Source: Mobula hypostoma
Lineage: Eukaryota
Assembly: GCF_963921235.1 (NCBI RefSeq)
Contig: NC_086097.1
Span: 189,660,001 to 189,724,000 of the forward strand
Direction: 5' to 3'
DNA: 64,000 nucleotides
Below the pieces are notes generated by a model. That model worked only from the letters and a program-made list of their open reading frames with translations, was not told the DNA's origin and ran no database searches. Positions 12,012 to 25,227 of this stretch are shown here, one piece after another. Each line of letters begins with the position of its first letter. The first letter of the stretch is position 1. Both the position numbers and the translations under genes were made by a program.

Positions 12012-12750
12012 AGAATCAGGTTTATTATCACCGGCATGAGACGTAAAATTTGTTAACATAGCAGGATCAGTTCAATGCAATACATAATACAGAAGAGAAA
12101 AAAAATAATAATAATTTAAAAATGTGCAAAAAAAAGCAGAAATACTGTATATTAAAAAAGAAGTGAGGTAGTATCCAAGGGTTCAAGGTCCATTTAGGAA
12201 TTGATTGGCAGAAGGGAAGAAGCTGTTCCTGTATCACTGAGTATGTGTCTTCGTGCTTCTGTACCTCCTACCTGATGGTAACAGTGAGAAAAGGGCTTTC
12301 TAGGCTCATACCCAAGATGGAGCTGACTACATTTACAACCCTCTGCAGCTTATTTTGGTCCTGTGCAGTAGCCCTTCCATAGCAGACAGTGATGCAGCCT
12401 GTCAAAATGCTTTCCACAGTACAACTATAGAAGTTTTGAGTGTATTTGTTGACATGGCAAATCCCTTCAAACTCTTAATGAAGTATAGCCACTGCCTTGC
12501 TTTCTTTATAACTACATCTATATGTTGGGACCAGGTTCGATCCTCAGAGATCTTGTCACCCAGGAACTTGAAACCGCTTACTCTCTCCACTTTTGATCCT
12601 TCTATGAGGATTGGTATGTGTTCCTTCGTATTACCCTTCTTGAAGTCCACAATCAGCTCTTTCGTCTTACTGACGTTGAGTGCCAGGTTGTTGCTGTGGC
12701 ACCACTCCACTAGTTAGCATATCTCATGCCTGTACGCCCTCTTGTCATGT
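12012..12750 (-). mobile_element. Rex1/Babar-like LINE 3' fragment
   Basis: EWCHSNNLALNVSKTKELIVDF...VERVSGFKFLG...KKARQWLYF; aataaacctgattct tail on the minus strand. Confidence 0.85.
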
Positions 12751-12829
12751 ATCTAGATGAGCACTTGAATCATTGAGACATAGAAGCCTCAGCCCAAGCG
12801 AAGGTAAATGGGATAAGAATAAATGGGTA

Positions 12830-13612
12830 CTTAATAATGAGGCAGCCTACAGAGAAGTCATCCCCCTGACACAGTGGTATCAAGAAAACAACCTCTCTCT
12901 CAATGTCGGAAAAAAACAAAGGAGGAATGGAGACAGGCTAATCCCTATTGACATCAATGGATCTGGGGTTGAGAGGGTGAACAGCTTTAAGTTCCTCAGC
13001 ATACACATCACCGAGGATCTCATGTGGTCTGTACATATCAGCTGTGTGGTGAAAAAAGCACAACAGCACCTCTTTCACCTCAGATGGTTGAAGAAGTTTG
13101 GCATGAGTCCCCAAATCCTAAGGACTTTCTACAGGGTCACAATTGAGAGCATCCTGACAGGCTGCATCACTGCCTGATATGGGAACTGTACTTGACTCAA
13201 TCACAGACTCTGCAGAGAGTGGTGCGGACAGCCCAGCGCATCTGTAGATGTGAACTTCCCACTATTCAGGACATTAACAAAGACCTGTGTGTAAAAAGGG
13301 CCTGAAGCATCTTTGGGGACCCGCATCACCCCAACCACAAACTGTTCCAGCTGCTACCATCCAGGAAATGGTATCGCAGCATAAAAGCAAGGTCCAACAG
13401 GCTCCGGGACAGCTTTTTCCACCAGGCCATCAGACTGATTACTTCACACTGACGCAATTATATTTCTATGCTAAACTGACTGTCCTGTTGTCCATACTAT
13501 TTATTACAAATTACTATAAATTGCACATTGCACATTCCGGTGGAGATGTAACGTAAAGATTTTTACTCCTCATGTATGTGAAGGATATATGTAATAAAGT
13601 CAACTCAAATTC
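12830..13612 (+). mobile_element. Rex1/Babar-like LINE 3' fragment (different subfamily)
   Basis: EAAYREV..LTQW.QENNLSLNV...KKAQQHLFHLRWLKKFG...IESILTGCITA; aataaagtc tail. Confidence 0.85.
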
Positions 13613-13711
13613 AGATTGGTTGTCATAGACAGGTTGAGCTGAGATGACTGTTTCTGTGCTGCCTATTCTTTGATTCTAAAACTGAAGAAATTTGTCATAG
13701 AGTTGTACAAT

Positions 13712-13935
13712 AAGGGTATAGATTAATACAGTATGGAAAGAGACCCTTTGGCCCAACTTGTCCATGCTGACGAAAATACCCCCCTAGACTTGTAACTTTT
13801 GCCCACATTTGGCCCATATCCCTCCTATCCATGTACCTGTCCAAATGACCTTTATAGGTTGTGTTTGTATCTGCCTAAACCACTTCCTCTCTCAACTCAT
13901 CCCATATATACCTTTGTGTGAAGAAATTGCCTTTC
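13712..13935 (-). mobile_element. Decayed CR1 3' fragment
   Basis: Reverse-complement CR1 tail (ccctttggcccaacttgtccatgc...gtgtgaagaaattgcc). Confidence 0.55.
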
Positions 13936-14444
13936 AGTTCAGTTCTAGTTATTTCACTAAAATAATTAAATCTCAATGCACTCTGGTATTAAAATATGTT
14001 CTGCCTCAATTTTTGGTTGCCCACATAAATTTTATGTTCATAGCACAGAAATATCAATTCCTTATGTCTTCATTTATGAAGATATGCTGAAATTAATTTT
14101 CAGCGATTCAGTCAATGTTAAGAAAATCATGACTGAATGTACCACAGAGCTATTAAAGGCACAGTGGGAATCTTCATCACTAACCAATCATTCCCCCAAA
14201 AAAAACTTAATGTCCATTGGTTCATTTCCAGAATGCAGATACCAGGTAATATTTTCTAATGAAAACATCAGAGACTAATCTCTCCATGGCAGGCATTATG
14301 GCATATTTTGAGAAATCTTCAGCAAATCCTTCCTGTATTTTGAAAATTACGCAGCACAGGTATTCAATTACACGGAATCAAAGTATGCATATTCTCTTCA
14401 GATAGTCCTGATGAAAGGACTATGATTGAAGACTTTGAAGGGAA

Positions 14445-15211
14445 ACTCTTCTGCACCCTTTCCAAAATTTCCACATCCTTCCTACAATGAGGCAACCAGA
14501 GTTGCACATAATGCTTCAAGTCTGATCTGACTAAAGATTAACATAGCTTCCAATGAAGGTAAGCATACCATATGCCTTCTTTATCAACTAATCCACATGT
14601 GTCGGCACTACAACGAACTACAGACTTGGACACTAAGATCCATCTATTCTTAAGCTCACAAGACAAAGCATCAGAATTATGCCATTCAGCACTACTATTC
14701 AATCATGGCTGATTTATTTTCCTCTCAAACCCATTTTCCTGCCTTCTTCCACATAACCTTTGAAACCCTTATTAACCGAGGACCTGTCAAACTCCACCTT
14801 AAATATACCCAGTGACTAACGTCCACAGCCATCTGTGACAGTGAATTCTACAGTTTCACCACCCACTGGCTAAAGAAATTCCTTCTCATTTCTGTTCTAA
14901 ATGGACATCCTGGTATTCTGAGGCTATCCCCTCTCGTCCTAGGCTCTCCCACTATTAGAAATGCCCACTCTGTCTAGGCTTTTCAATATTATGCAGGTTT
15001 CAATGAGATGCCCCCTCATTTTTTAAACTAGCGTGTATAGGCCCAGAACTATCCTGAAAGATCCAGCCTTTCATTCCCAGGATTGAAAACCGTCTACGCC
15101 TTTATTTCTTCTACCAATACGCATGACCACAGATTTCCCTGCGCTGTATTCCATCTACCTCTTCTTTGCCCATTTTCCTAATCTATGCAAGCCCTTCTCC
15201 AGACTCCCTGC
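14445..15211 (-). mobile_element. Older CR1 fragments; the 14655-15211 copy appears to continue at 20057-20665
   Basis: CR1 ORF2 C-terminal and tail motifs; ...agactccctgc joins naturally to ttccttaacgctacc after 20056. Confidence 0.65.
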
Positions 15212-18200
15212 ATAGAACTTAGAAATCTACAGCACATTACAGGCCCTTTGGTCCACAATGTTGTGCCAACTAAGTAACCTACTCTAGAAACTGCCTAGAA
15301 TTTCGCTACCACACAGCCCTCTATTTTTCTAAGCTCCATGTATGTATCTGAGTCTCTCAAAAGACTCTATTGTATCAGCTTCCACTACCGCCACCGGCAG
15401 TGCATTCCACACACCCACCACTCTCTGTGTGAAAAAATTACCTCTGACATCCCTTCGGTACTTATTTCCAAGCACCTTAAAACTATGCCCCCTCATGTTA
15501 GCCATTTCAGTCCTGGGAAAAAGCCTCTGGTTATCCACATAATTAATGCCTCTCATCAGCTTATACACCTCTATCAGGTCACCTCTCATCCTCCATCACT
15601 CCAAGGAGAAAAGGCCAAATTCACTCAACCTGTTTTCATAAGGCATGCTCCCCAATCCTGGCAACATCCTTGTAAATCTCCTCTGCATCCTTTCTATAGT
15701 TTCCACATCCTTCCTGTAGTGAAGTGACCAGAAATGAACACAGTACTCCAAGTGGGGTCTAACTAAGGTCTTATATAGCTGTAACATTACCTCACGGCTC
15801 TTGAACTCAATCCCACATTTGATGAAGACCAACACACCTTCTTAACAACTCTGTCAACCTGCGCAGCAGCTTTGAGTGTCAAATGGACATGGACTCAAAG
15901 ATCTCTCTGATCTTCCACACTGCCACAACACCCCCATCATTTGTGTCATCAGCAAACTTACTAACTCACCGTTCCACTTCCTCATTCAGGGTCATTTATA
16001 AAAATCACAAAGAGGAAGGGTCCCAGAACAGATCCCTGTGGAACACCACTGTTTGTAGGCCTCTGTGCAGAATACGAACCACCTACAGCAATCCTTTGTC
16101 TACTGTGAGCAAGCCAATTCTGGATCCACAAAGCATGGTCTCCTTGGATCCCATGCCTTCTTATTTCTGAATGAGCCTTGCATGGATAACCTTATCAAAC
16201 GCCTTACTGAAATCCAGATATACTAACTCCACTGTTCTACCTTCATCACTGTGTTTTGTTATATCCTCAAAGAATTCAATCAGGCTCATAAGGCATGATC
16301 TGCCCTTGACAAAGCCATGGTGACTATCTCTAATCAGATTACATCTCTCTACATGCTCATAAACCCTGCCTCTCAGGATCTTCTCCAACAATTTGCCCAC
16401 TACTGCAGTAAGCACGCTGGTCTATAATTTCCTGGGTTACCTTTTCTTCCTTTCTTGAACAGGGGTAAAAAATTTGCAACCCTCTAATGCTCTGGTACTT
16501 CTCCAATCCCTATTGATGACGTAACTATCATCGCTATATATATATATATATAGGCTCAAGCGTTTCTCGACACTGTAATTCATCCCTGGTGAATAATGAG
16601 GCAAAGTATTCATTAAGTACCACTGCTACCTCCTCCGACTTCCATGTACATGTTTCCACTATCGCAACTGTTTGGTCCTTTTCTCACACAGCTCATCCTC
16701 TTGCTCTTCACATAGAATGCTTTGGGTTTTCCTTAATCCTACTCGCCAAGGCGTCCTCATGGCCCCTTCTCACTCTCCTAATTTCCTTCTTAATCTCCTT
16801 CCTCGCAGACCTTGTAGTTTTCTAGAGCTCTAACAGTACCTAGTTTCTTGAACCTTTTGTAAGCTTTTCTTTTCTTCTTAACTAGATTTTCTACATCCTT
16901 TATACACCATGGTTCTTTTACTCTACCATCCTTTCCCTGCCTTAATGGAACATACATATGCAGAACTCCATGCAAATATTCCCTGAACATCTGCTCCCAA
17001 TTTATGCTTTCAAGTTTCTGCCTAATAGCATCCACCTACCCCAATTAAAGGTTTCTCAAATTGTCTGCTCCTATCTGTCTCCAGTGCCTTGGTGAAATAG
17101 TTACAGCTGTGATTAATGCTTCCAAAATGCTCTCCTGCCGAGAGATCTGACACCTAACTAGGTTCACTTCCCAATATCAGATCAAGTACAGCCTCTCCTC
17201 TAGTTAGCTTATCTACATATTGTGTCAGGAAACCTTTCTGAACACATCTAACAAATTCCACCACATCCAAACCCCTTGCTCTAAGGAGATGCCTGTCAAT
17301 ATTAGGAAAGTTAAAATCACCCATCACAGCAACCCTATCATTATTGCATTGTTGCAGAGTCTACCTCCCTAACTGCTCCTTGATGTCTCTGTTACAATTG
17401 GGGGGGGGTCTATAAAAAACGCCCAGTCTAATAAGGAGCTATTGCCCCTTTCCTGTTTCTAACCTCCACCCACACTGAATCAGTAGACAATCCCTCCATG
17501 ACTTCCTCCTTTTCTGCAGTCATGATATAATCCCTGATTAGCAATGCCATGCCCCCACCTCATTTGCCTCCTTTCCTGTCCTTCTTGAAACATTTAAAGT
17601 CCAGCACTCTCAGCAGCCATTCCTGTCCCTGAGACATCCAAGTCTCTGTAGTGGCCACAATGTCATATTTCCACATATTGATCCATGCTCTAATTTTAAC
17701 CACCTTGTTTACAATACTCCTTGCATTAAAATAGACACATCTCAAAGCATCTGGATGAGTGCATCTTTGCTCTATCATCTGGCTATTCTTTCTCACAAAC
17801 TCCCTACAAGTTGTCTCTACTTGTGCTCCAACCTCCCCATCCTCTGCCTCCGCACCTTGGTTCCAATCCCCCCGCTATTCCAGTTTAAACCCTCTCCAAT
17901 AGCATTAGCAAACCCCCCTGCCAGGTTATTGGTTCCCCTCTAATTCAGGTGCAACTCATTCCACTTGTACAGGTCACCCCTTCCCCAGAAAAGTTTCCAA
18001 TCATCTAAGAACTTGAAACCCTGCCTCCCATACCATCTCCTCAGCCACTCAGTCATTGTGCTGTCTTCCTGTTCTGACCTTCACTAACTCGTGGCACCAG
18101 GAATAATCTGGAGATTACCACCTTGGAGGTTCTGCTTGTCAGCTTCCTTCCTAACTCCCTAAACTTCCTGTGCAGGACCTCTACCCCTCTCTTGCCTATG

Positions 18201-18796
18201 TCATTAGTGCCAATATATACCATGACCTCTGGCTGCTCACCCTCACCTTCAAGAATATTCTGCAGCATCTCAGAGATATCCTGGACTCTAGGACCCGGAG
18301 GGCAACACACTATCCTGGCATCTCTTTTGCTGTCACTGACTGTCCTATCTGTCCCGTTAACTATCAAGTCTCCTTTGACTATTGTTCCGCCTGACTTCAC
18401 CCTACCCTTCTGAGGCTCAGAGCCAACCACAGTGCTATTGGTCTGGCTACTGCTGCCTTGCCCAGATAGGTCATCCCCCTCATCAGTATCCAAAGGGGTA
18501 CACCTGTTGCTGATGGGAATAACCACAGAGGGACCCCTCACTGACTTCTTTCTCCGTTTATCTCTCTCGGTGTTCACTCATCTACTTGTTGAATTCTGCA
18601 TGCTGGGTGTAATCACCTGCTTAAAAGTCTTATCTATCAATTGCTCTGTCTCCCGGATGATCTTTAATTCATCCAACTCCAGCTCCAGCTCCTTGTTGCA
18701 GTCTTTCAGGAGATACAGTTGGCTGCACTACTCGCAGGTGTAGTTATCAGGGAGATCATGAGGTTCCATGAATTCCCATACCCTACAGGAGGAGCA
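15212..18796 (-). mobile_element. Long CR1 LINE (ORF1 esterase, APE endonuclease, RT), degenerate, 5'-truncated in ORF1
   Basis: ORF fragments: IGTNDIG (18053-18577), YFNARSI..DIVATTETW (17560-17796), [20 protein letters not shown] (16161-16415), RPHLEYC (15596-15835), RGDLIEVYK (15329-15589). Confidence 0.92.
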
Positions 18797-20051
18797 TGTC
18801 ATGGTCCGGTCCGTGAAGTCTGCATTTCAGTTCACGATCCGGTCTGTGGACTCAGGACTCCAGGTCTTCCAGCTGTCCCTTGTTTCGGTTGGGTTAATCA
18901 TAGGCACCTGATTCCCATCTTGGGGCTTGGAATGTAAGTAGCCTTGGGGTTGAGTGTGGTCTGTTGGTTTGTCTTGTCAAAGTCCCCTGGAGCAACCTGC
19001 CAGTGGAAGGCTAGGGTGGCCACTTGCCATCTTTAGGCCACGTCGGGGAACCATCGCTTCATGGAGCCTTGCTGTCGGTAGTCGGAGCTGTCTTTGTGGT
19101 ATGGATTTGGCCGTTTCCCGGGCCAGCTGAGTGGCCGTCAGCCACTCCGAGCTAGGTAGGGATCCAGCTGTTTCTGTAGCCAGTCAAGGTTGCTGGTTGT
19201 AACTGCGACTCGGAGCAACCCTGATGCAGAGATGGAACTGTCTGTCGTTCTTTGGTGTTTGTCTCTTCTTGTCCTCGCCTCCTTGGGATAAGTCAGGCCA
19301 TTCCGCCATTGCCCTGCGGGGGGGCCTGTCTTGTCTTGTCTTTGCCTCTGTTGGGTAAGTCTGGACGTTCTGCCATTACCTGACGGATGGACCTGTCCCA
19401 CCTTGGTGTGGAGATAAAGTTGAGTCCCGGCTTGTCTAAGGATAAGTCCCGGCTCTATGTCTATGTACTGTCCAGTCTCATGTTAGTGTTGTGTTAAAGA
19501 TAAGCCCCAGCTTTTCGAAGGATAAGTCCCGGCTCTATGTCTATGTACTGTCCAGTCTCATGTTAGTGTTGTGTTAAAGATAAGCCCCAGCTTTTCGAAG
19601 GATAAGTCCCGGCTCTATGTTGATGTTCAGTTCTCAGTCTGTCTCTGAGCTTCAGCCTCAAGCCTCAAGACCCCAGCCTCAAGCCTCAAGACTCAAGACC
19701 CCAGCCACATCCTATCCTGTAGCCACGTCATGTCCTTGCCTGGTTCTGGGGTCCGAGCCTGAGGCAAGACCCAGGTTCTGGGTCCTTGTCCAGTCTCTGG
19801 CTCAGACTCCAAGCACAGGCTCCTAGTTCATGGTTCCTAGCCCAGGTCCCGCTTTCCCAAGCCCAGGCTCCTAGTTCATAGTTCCTCATCTGGGTTCCCT
19901 GTCTAGTCCATGTCCTAGCCCAAGTCTGCGTTCTAGTCCCTGCTCGTTGTCTGTATCCTGTCACGTCCCTACTCTAGTCAAGTCCTGTTCCGAGTACTTC
20001 AGCATCTGTGTCTTGCATTTGGGTCCGCCACCAGCGTCTCCCATTGTGACA
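18797..20051. mobile_element. Solo LTR, 1255 bp (probably Gypsy or BEL), 5-bp TSD
   Basis: tgtca...tgaca termini; gagca at 18792-18796 and 20052-20056; no coding domains. Confidence 0.8.
19438..19620. repeat. 80-bp tandem repeat, about 2.3 identical copies, inside the solo LTR
   Basis: aaggataagtcccggctctatgt recurs at 19438, 19518 and 19598. Confidence 0.95.
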
Positions 20052-20056
20052 GAGCA

Positions 20057-20665
20057 TTCCTTAACGCTACCTGTCCTCCACCTACCTTTATATCATTTGC
20101 AAACTTGGCCACTAAGGCATCAATTCCATCATCCAGACAATTAACATATAAAGTGCAATATAGTTGTTTATGAGGAAACACCACTAGTCACTGTCATCCA
20201 ATCAGAAAAGGCCTCCTTTATTCCCACTCTTTGCCTTCAGCCAGTCGCCAATGTACTGTCTATGATAGTTTATTTTCTCTAATACCATGGACTTGTAACT
20301 TGATTAGTAGCCTCATTGGCAGCATCTTGTCAAAGGATTTGTGAAAATCCAATTAAACAACATCCACTAACTCCTTTGTCTATCCTGCTTCTTATTTTTT
20401 TAAAGAATTGCAACAGACAAGGCAAGATATCCCCTTAAGGGGATATCCCAACTTTGGCCTTTTTATCATGTGCCTCCAAGTACCCTGAAAGTCATCCTTA
20501 ATAATGGACTCTAACACCTTACCAACCATTGAAGTCTGGCAATCTGGCCTATAATTTCATGTCTTTTGCCTCCCTCTTTAAAAAAAAGAGTAGAGTGATG
20601 TTTGCAATTTTCCAGTGCTCTCTAACCATTCCAGAAAGTAGTGATTCTTGAAAGATCATGACCAA
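20057..20665 (-). mobile_element. CR1 RT fragment, continuation of the older copy
   Basis: LDDGIDALVAKFANDIKVGG (ORF 19999-20184) and NY..DC.TS remnants. Confidence 0.7.
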
Positions 20666-20979
20666 CATCCTGATAAATCTTTGTACTCTTTCTTATAATG
20701 GTGCAATACTTCATGTGCGGCCTCACCAATTTCTTGTAGAACTGTTCTAATCAATGCACCTTACGGACTCTTAAACTGATTACCACAGTCACGACTGAAC
20801 TATGGTTCTTACCCATATACCATCCTACCCTGACAAGAAGTACACTGCTGGTTCTTCATCATTGCTTGTATAACAACTGGTACTCACTGCTTAACAGCAC
20901 TTAAGGAGAATGTCACCACACCTAGATTTCTTTGTTTCCATCTCAGGAAACAAACTATTGACCTACATTTACAATAAAA

Positions 20980-22185
20980 CCACTGACTTACACTGCTGAC
21001 TTGATTACAACTCTTCCCATCTTGTATTGTACAGGGATTCCCTTCTTATTTTCCAGTTTCTCCGTCTCTGCTGCATCAAGATGAAGCCTACCATTCCAGG
21101 ACATCCAAATTGTTCCTGAGAATGGGAAATATGGGTTCCCATCAACAATGATTGATGGAAGCCTCTCTCATGTCTCTGCTATCTCTTGGACTTCTGCTCT
21201 CACCACACCTCCCTCCAGGCAGAACAGAGATAAAGTTCTTCCCACTCTCACATTTCCATCCTACCAGTCTTTGTCATTTATTCCAGATGCAATGAGATCT
21301 CATCATTAGCCTTATCTTCTCACCCCAACAACTCCTCAGCAACTCCATTGTCCTCCCTTATACGTCCACTGTTGCCACCATCCAGAGATACAAAAAAATG
21401 CTTCCAGGTGAGGCCAGAACTAACGTACATCTCCTCCATCTTTGTCTACTGCATTCATCCAATGAGGCCTTCTCCACATTGGTGAGGCCAAAGACAGACT
21501 GGTAAACCATTTTGCAGAGTACCTACGCTCTGTTTGCAAAGGCCATCTTGAGCTTGCAGTTACATGCCATTTCAATTCCTCTTTGCCTTCCATCACTGAT
21601 TTATCTGTCCTCAGCCTCCTCCACTGCCAGAATGAGACCCAACATAAACTAGAGGAAGAATTCCTCATATTCCACCTGAGTAACCTACAGATCAAAGGCA
21701 TTAAAACTGACTTGTCTATTTTTAGGTAACTCTCCTTTCATGTGTTTTTCTCCTACCCCACAATATTCCTTTTTAAACCTCTCCAATCTGGTTCTGGTTC
21801 CATCTGCTATTCCCCTCTCTCCTAATAGTTCCCATTCTTGCCTCCCTTGCTTATTAGATTCCTGCACTGGCCACCTTTGTGTTCATACAGCTGTCTCGAT
21901 CTCTCCTAACTTTGCTCCATCTGTCTCTGTTTTTTTTCTTGCTTCCAACTATCATCCACTGGCCTCCCTCCTCTCCCTTATAATTTTGATTGCTATTCAT
22001 CCCTCACCTGTGTTCAGTCCACCAAACACCCTGGGCTCCTATCTCACAGTTCCTCACCTCTTTATACCGGCTACCTCCCCTCTCCACTCTCTGCTTAATG
22101 CAGGGTTTCAATCTGAAATGTTGACAATTCCTTGCCATCCCCCTCCCCCACCTGATGCTGCTCAACCTACTGAGTTCTTCCAGCA
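20980..22185 (+). mobile_element. Old, decayed Penelope-like element
   Basis: Remnant HIGEAKDRLVNHFAEYLRS (GIY-YIG region) near 21475; pyrimidine-rich tail and degenerate terminus. Confidence 0.7.
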
Positions 22186-22749
22186 AAATCAGATTCAGAA
22201 TCAGGCTTAAATTCAGAATGTTTGATATTCCAGATTCTGGTATTTGCAGAATCAGACACCAGATACCAGTTGTTGCATCAGCCCTGGCTCACTTGGCTGA
22301 AAATATCACATCAACTATTGACTATTTAATGATAATAAATAAATAGTTTTAATGATAATAGAATAGGCCATTCTGCACTTAATCCTGTTACTGCATAGAA
22401 AATTTCACCTTTCTGTGTGTCATGGTGCACAAGTAGGTTACTTTTTACTATCTGATAAAAAATGAATTTTTCAAAGTCTTTATTTCTACAGATAACTTGT
22501 TGGATTATCTCAAGGTCACATAGATGGTCAAACAGTAAAATTATCCGTAAACAGCAGCTTCTATTACTGTTCCATTCCTGAACAACTACACTGAAAGTGA
22601 AATTGGCTTTCAGCAGTAGCACAATATGGGCTTTAGCAAACTGGCAGGCGATCTTACGGACAGATCGTTTCACAGTCTGCCTAATTTTATTTTCTATTAA
22701 GGTTAACAGAAAAGAAAATCGGGTTGGGAATAAAATGGATCGTGCAACG

Positions 22750-24612
22750 CTCTGAATTTTTTCAATGATTTTAAGTTCCCTGGCCCCCACCGCTTTATTT
22801 TCACCATGGATGTCCAGTCCCTATATACCTCCATCCCCCACCAGGAAGGTCTCAAAGCTCTCTGCTTCTTTTTGGATTCCAGACCTAACCAGTTCCCCTC
22901 TACCACCACTCTCCTCCATCCAGCGGAATTAGTCCTTACTCTTAATAATTTCTCCTTTTGGCTCCTCCCACTTCCTCCAAACTAAAGGTGTAGTCATGGG
23001 CACCCATATGGGTCCCAGCTATGCCTGCCTTTTTGTTGGCTTTGTGGAACAATCCATATTCCAAGCCCATACTGGTATCTGTCCCCTACTTTTCCTTCGC
23101 TATATCAACGACTGCATTGGTGCTGCTTCCTGCACGCATGCTGAGCTCATTGACTTCATTAACTTTGCCTCCAACTTTCACCCTGCCCTCAAGTTTACCT
23201 GGTCCATTTCCGACACCTCCCTCCCCTTTCTTGATCTTTCTGTTTCTATCTCTGGAGACAGCTTATCTACTGATGTCTACTATAAGCCTACTGACTTTCA
23301 CAGCTACCTGGACTATTCCTCTTTCCACCCTGTCTTTTGCAAAAACGCCATCCCCTTCTCGCGATTCCTCCGTTTCCTCCACATCTGCTCTCAGGATGAG
23401 GCTTTTCATTCCAGGATGAAGGAGATGTCCTCCTTTTTTAAAGAAAGGGGCTTCCCTTCCTCCACCATCAACTTTGCTCTCAGACGCATCTCCCCCATTT
23501 CATGCACATCTGCTCTCACTCCATCCTCCCCCCACATGACTAGGAATAGGGTTCCCCTTGTCCTCACCTACCACCCCACCAGCCTCCGGTCCAACATATA
23601 ATTCTCCGTAACTTGCGCCACCTCCAGCGGGATCCCACCACTAAGCCCATCTTTCCCTCCCCCCTCCTTCTGCTTTCCGCAGGGACCGCTCCATACGCGA
23701 CTCCCTTGTCCATTCGTCCCTCCCATCCCTTCCCACCGATCTCCCTCCCGGCACTTACCCTTGTAAGCGGAACAAGTGCTACACATGCCCTTACACTTCC
23801 TCCCTCACCACCATTCAGGGCCCCAGACCGTCCAGGTGAGGCGACACTTCACCTGTTAGTCGGCTGGGTGATATACTGTGTCTGGTGCTCCTGATGCTGC
23901 CTTCTATATATTGGCGAGACCCGATGCAGGCTGGGAGACCGTTTCACTGAACACCTACGCTGTATCCGCCAGAGAAAGCAGGATCTCCTAGTAGCCACAC
24001 ATTTTAATTCCAAGTCCTATTCCCATTCTGATATGTCTATCCACGGCCTCTTCTACTGTCAAGATGCAGCCACACTCAGGTTGGAGGAACAACACCTTAT
24101 ATTCCGTCTGGGTAGCCTCCAACCAGATGGCATGAACACTGACTTCTCTGACCTCCATTAATGCCCCACCTCCCCTTTGTACCCCGTCCTTTATTTATTT
24201 ATTTATTTATTTATTTATTTTCTTTTCCCCCTTTTATCCCTCTCTTTTTTTCTCCCTCTGTCCATCTCACTATAAGCCCTTGCCCATCCTCTTGGTTCCC
24301 CCCCTTTCTTTCTCCCTATGCCTCCTGTCCCATGATCCTCTCCCTTCTCCAGCCTCGTATCCCTTTTGCCAATCAACTGTCCAGCTCTTGGCTCCATCCC
24401 TTGCCCTCCTGTCTTCCCCTATCATTTCGGATCCCCCCCCCCTCACTTTCAAATCTCCTACTATCTCTTCTTTCAGTTAGTCCTAATGAAGGGCCTCGGC
24501 CCGAAACGTCGACTGTACCTCTTCCTATAGATGTTGCCTGGCCTGCTGCGTTCCACCAGCATTCTGTGTATGTTGCTTGAATTTGCAGCATCTGCAGATT
24601 TCCTTGTGTTTG
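22750..24612 (+). mobile_element. Penelope-like retroelement (Neptune type), RT plus GIY-YIG endonuclease, 5'-truncated and frameshifted
   Basis: MDVQSLYTSIPH, MGTHMGPSYACLF, RYIND, LPFLDL, DVYYKPTD; Cys-rich linker CKRNKCYTC; YIGET; the terminal hammerhead core is mutated (CTAATGA). Confidence 0.92.
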
Positions 24613-25227
24613 CATGCAACATTATCAACCATGTAGCACTGCTGCTGCAAATTAAATTCAGCACTATTTGTGTATGCATTGTAAAGCTTATTTATTTCAA
24701 TAGTCACTAACGAACGTATTTAATGGTGTAAGAACGTAGCTTGAATGTTCAGTGCCTAACAGAATGGCTGAAATAACGCAAACATGTGTCCTTTGGCATA
24801 ATTTATTTCTTTGGCAGATGCCATCCTATTTGAGGTTGACTTGATTGTCTCACTCATGCTTTTTCAATGCTTTGTTGTGATAGAAGAGGCTAATCAAATG
24901 ACACGTGAATCACAATGATTTAACACTCACTTAACTTAATTAAAAGTACCTTTTGACTTTTTTTTAAAGAGAAATGTTCAGAATCCTATATTTAGGATGT
25001 TGGCAATTTATTCCGCCTAGTTGTTAATGGCACTCCTGCAAATTCCGCTACACACATTTTTTTATTGTGGTTACAAACCTTTATTTAGAATAAATTAAGA
25101 ATGCCAGTGTCTTTAATCACTATGTGCTGGACCAATTAAATTAACACAACATATCTTAATCTGTTAAATGGCTTGCAACATCTATGCTGAGTCCAGATAT
25201 TTATGAATAATCACTTTATCCATTCCA

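Noticed and set aside
12012..13612. Opposite-orientation Rex-like pair as a twin-priming inversion
   Set aside because: Both cover the same 3' region, each has its own different tail, and the proteins are diverged; these are independent insertions
19438..19620. Regularly spaced repeats resembling a CRISPR array
   Set aside because: The intervening sequences are identical, so this is a simple tandem duplication inside an LTR in eukaryotic DNA, with no cas genes
22326..22790. 154-aa minus-strand ORF
   Set aside because: Starts within antisense Penelope sequence, has no recognisable domain and no convincing splice structure
23892..23894. In-frame TGA in a Penelope ORF as selenocysteine
   Set aside because: The intact sister copy has CGA (Arg) here, so it is ordinary CpG decay
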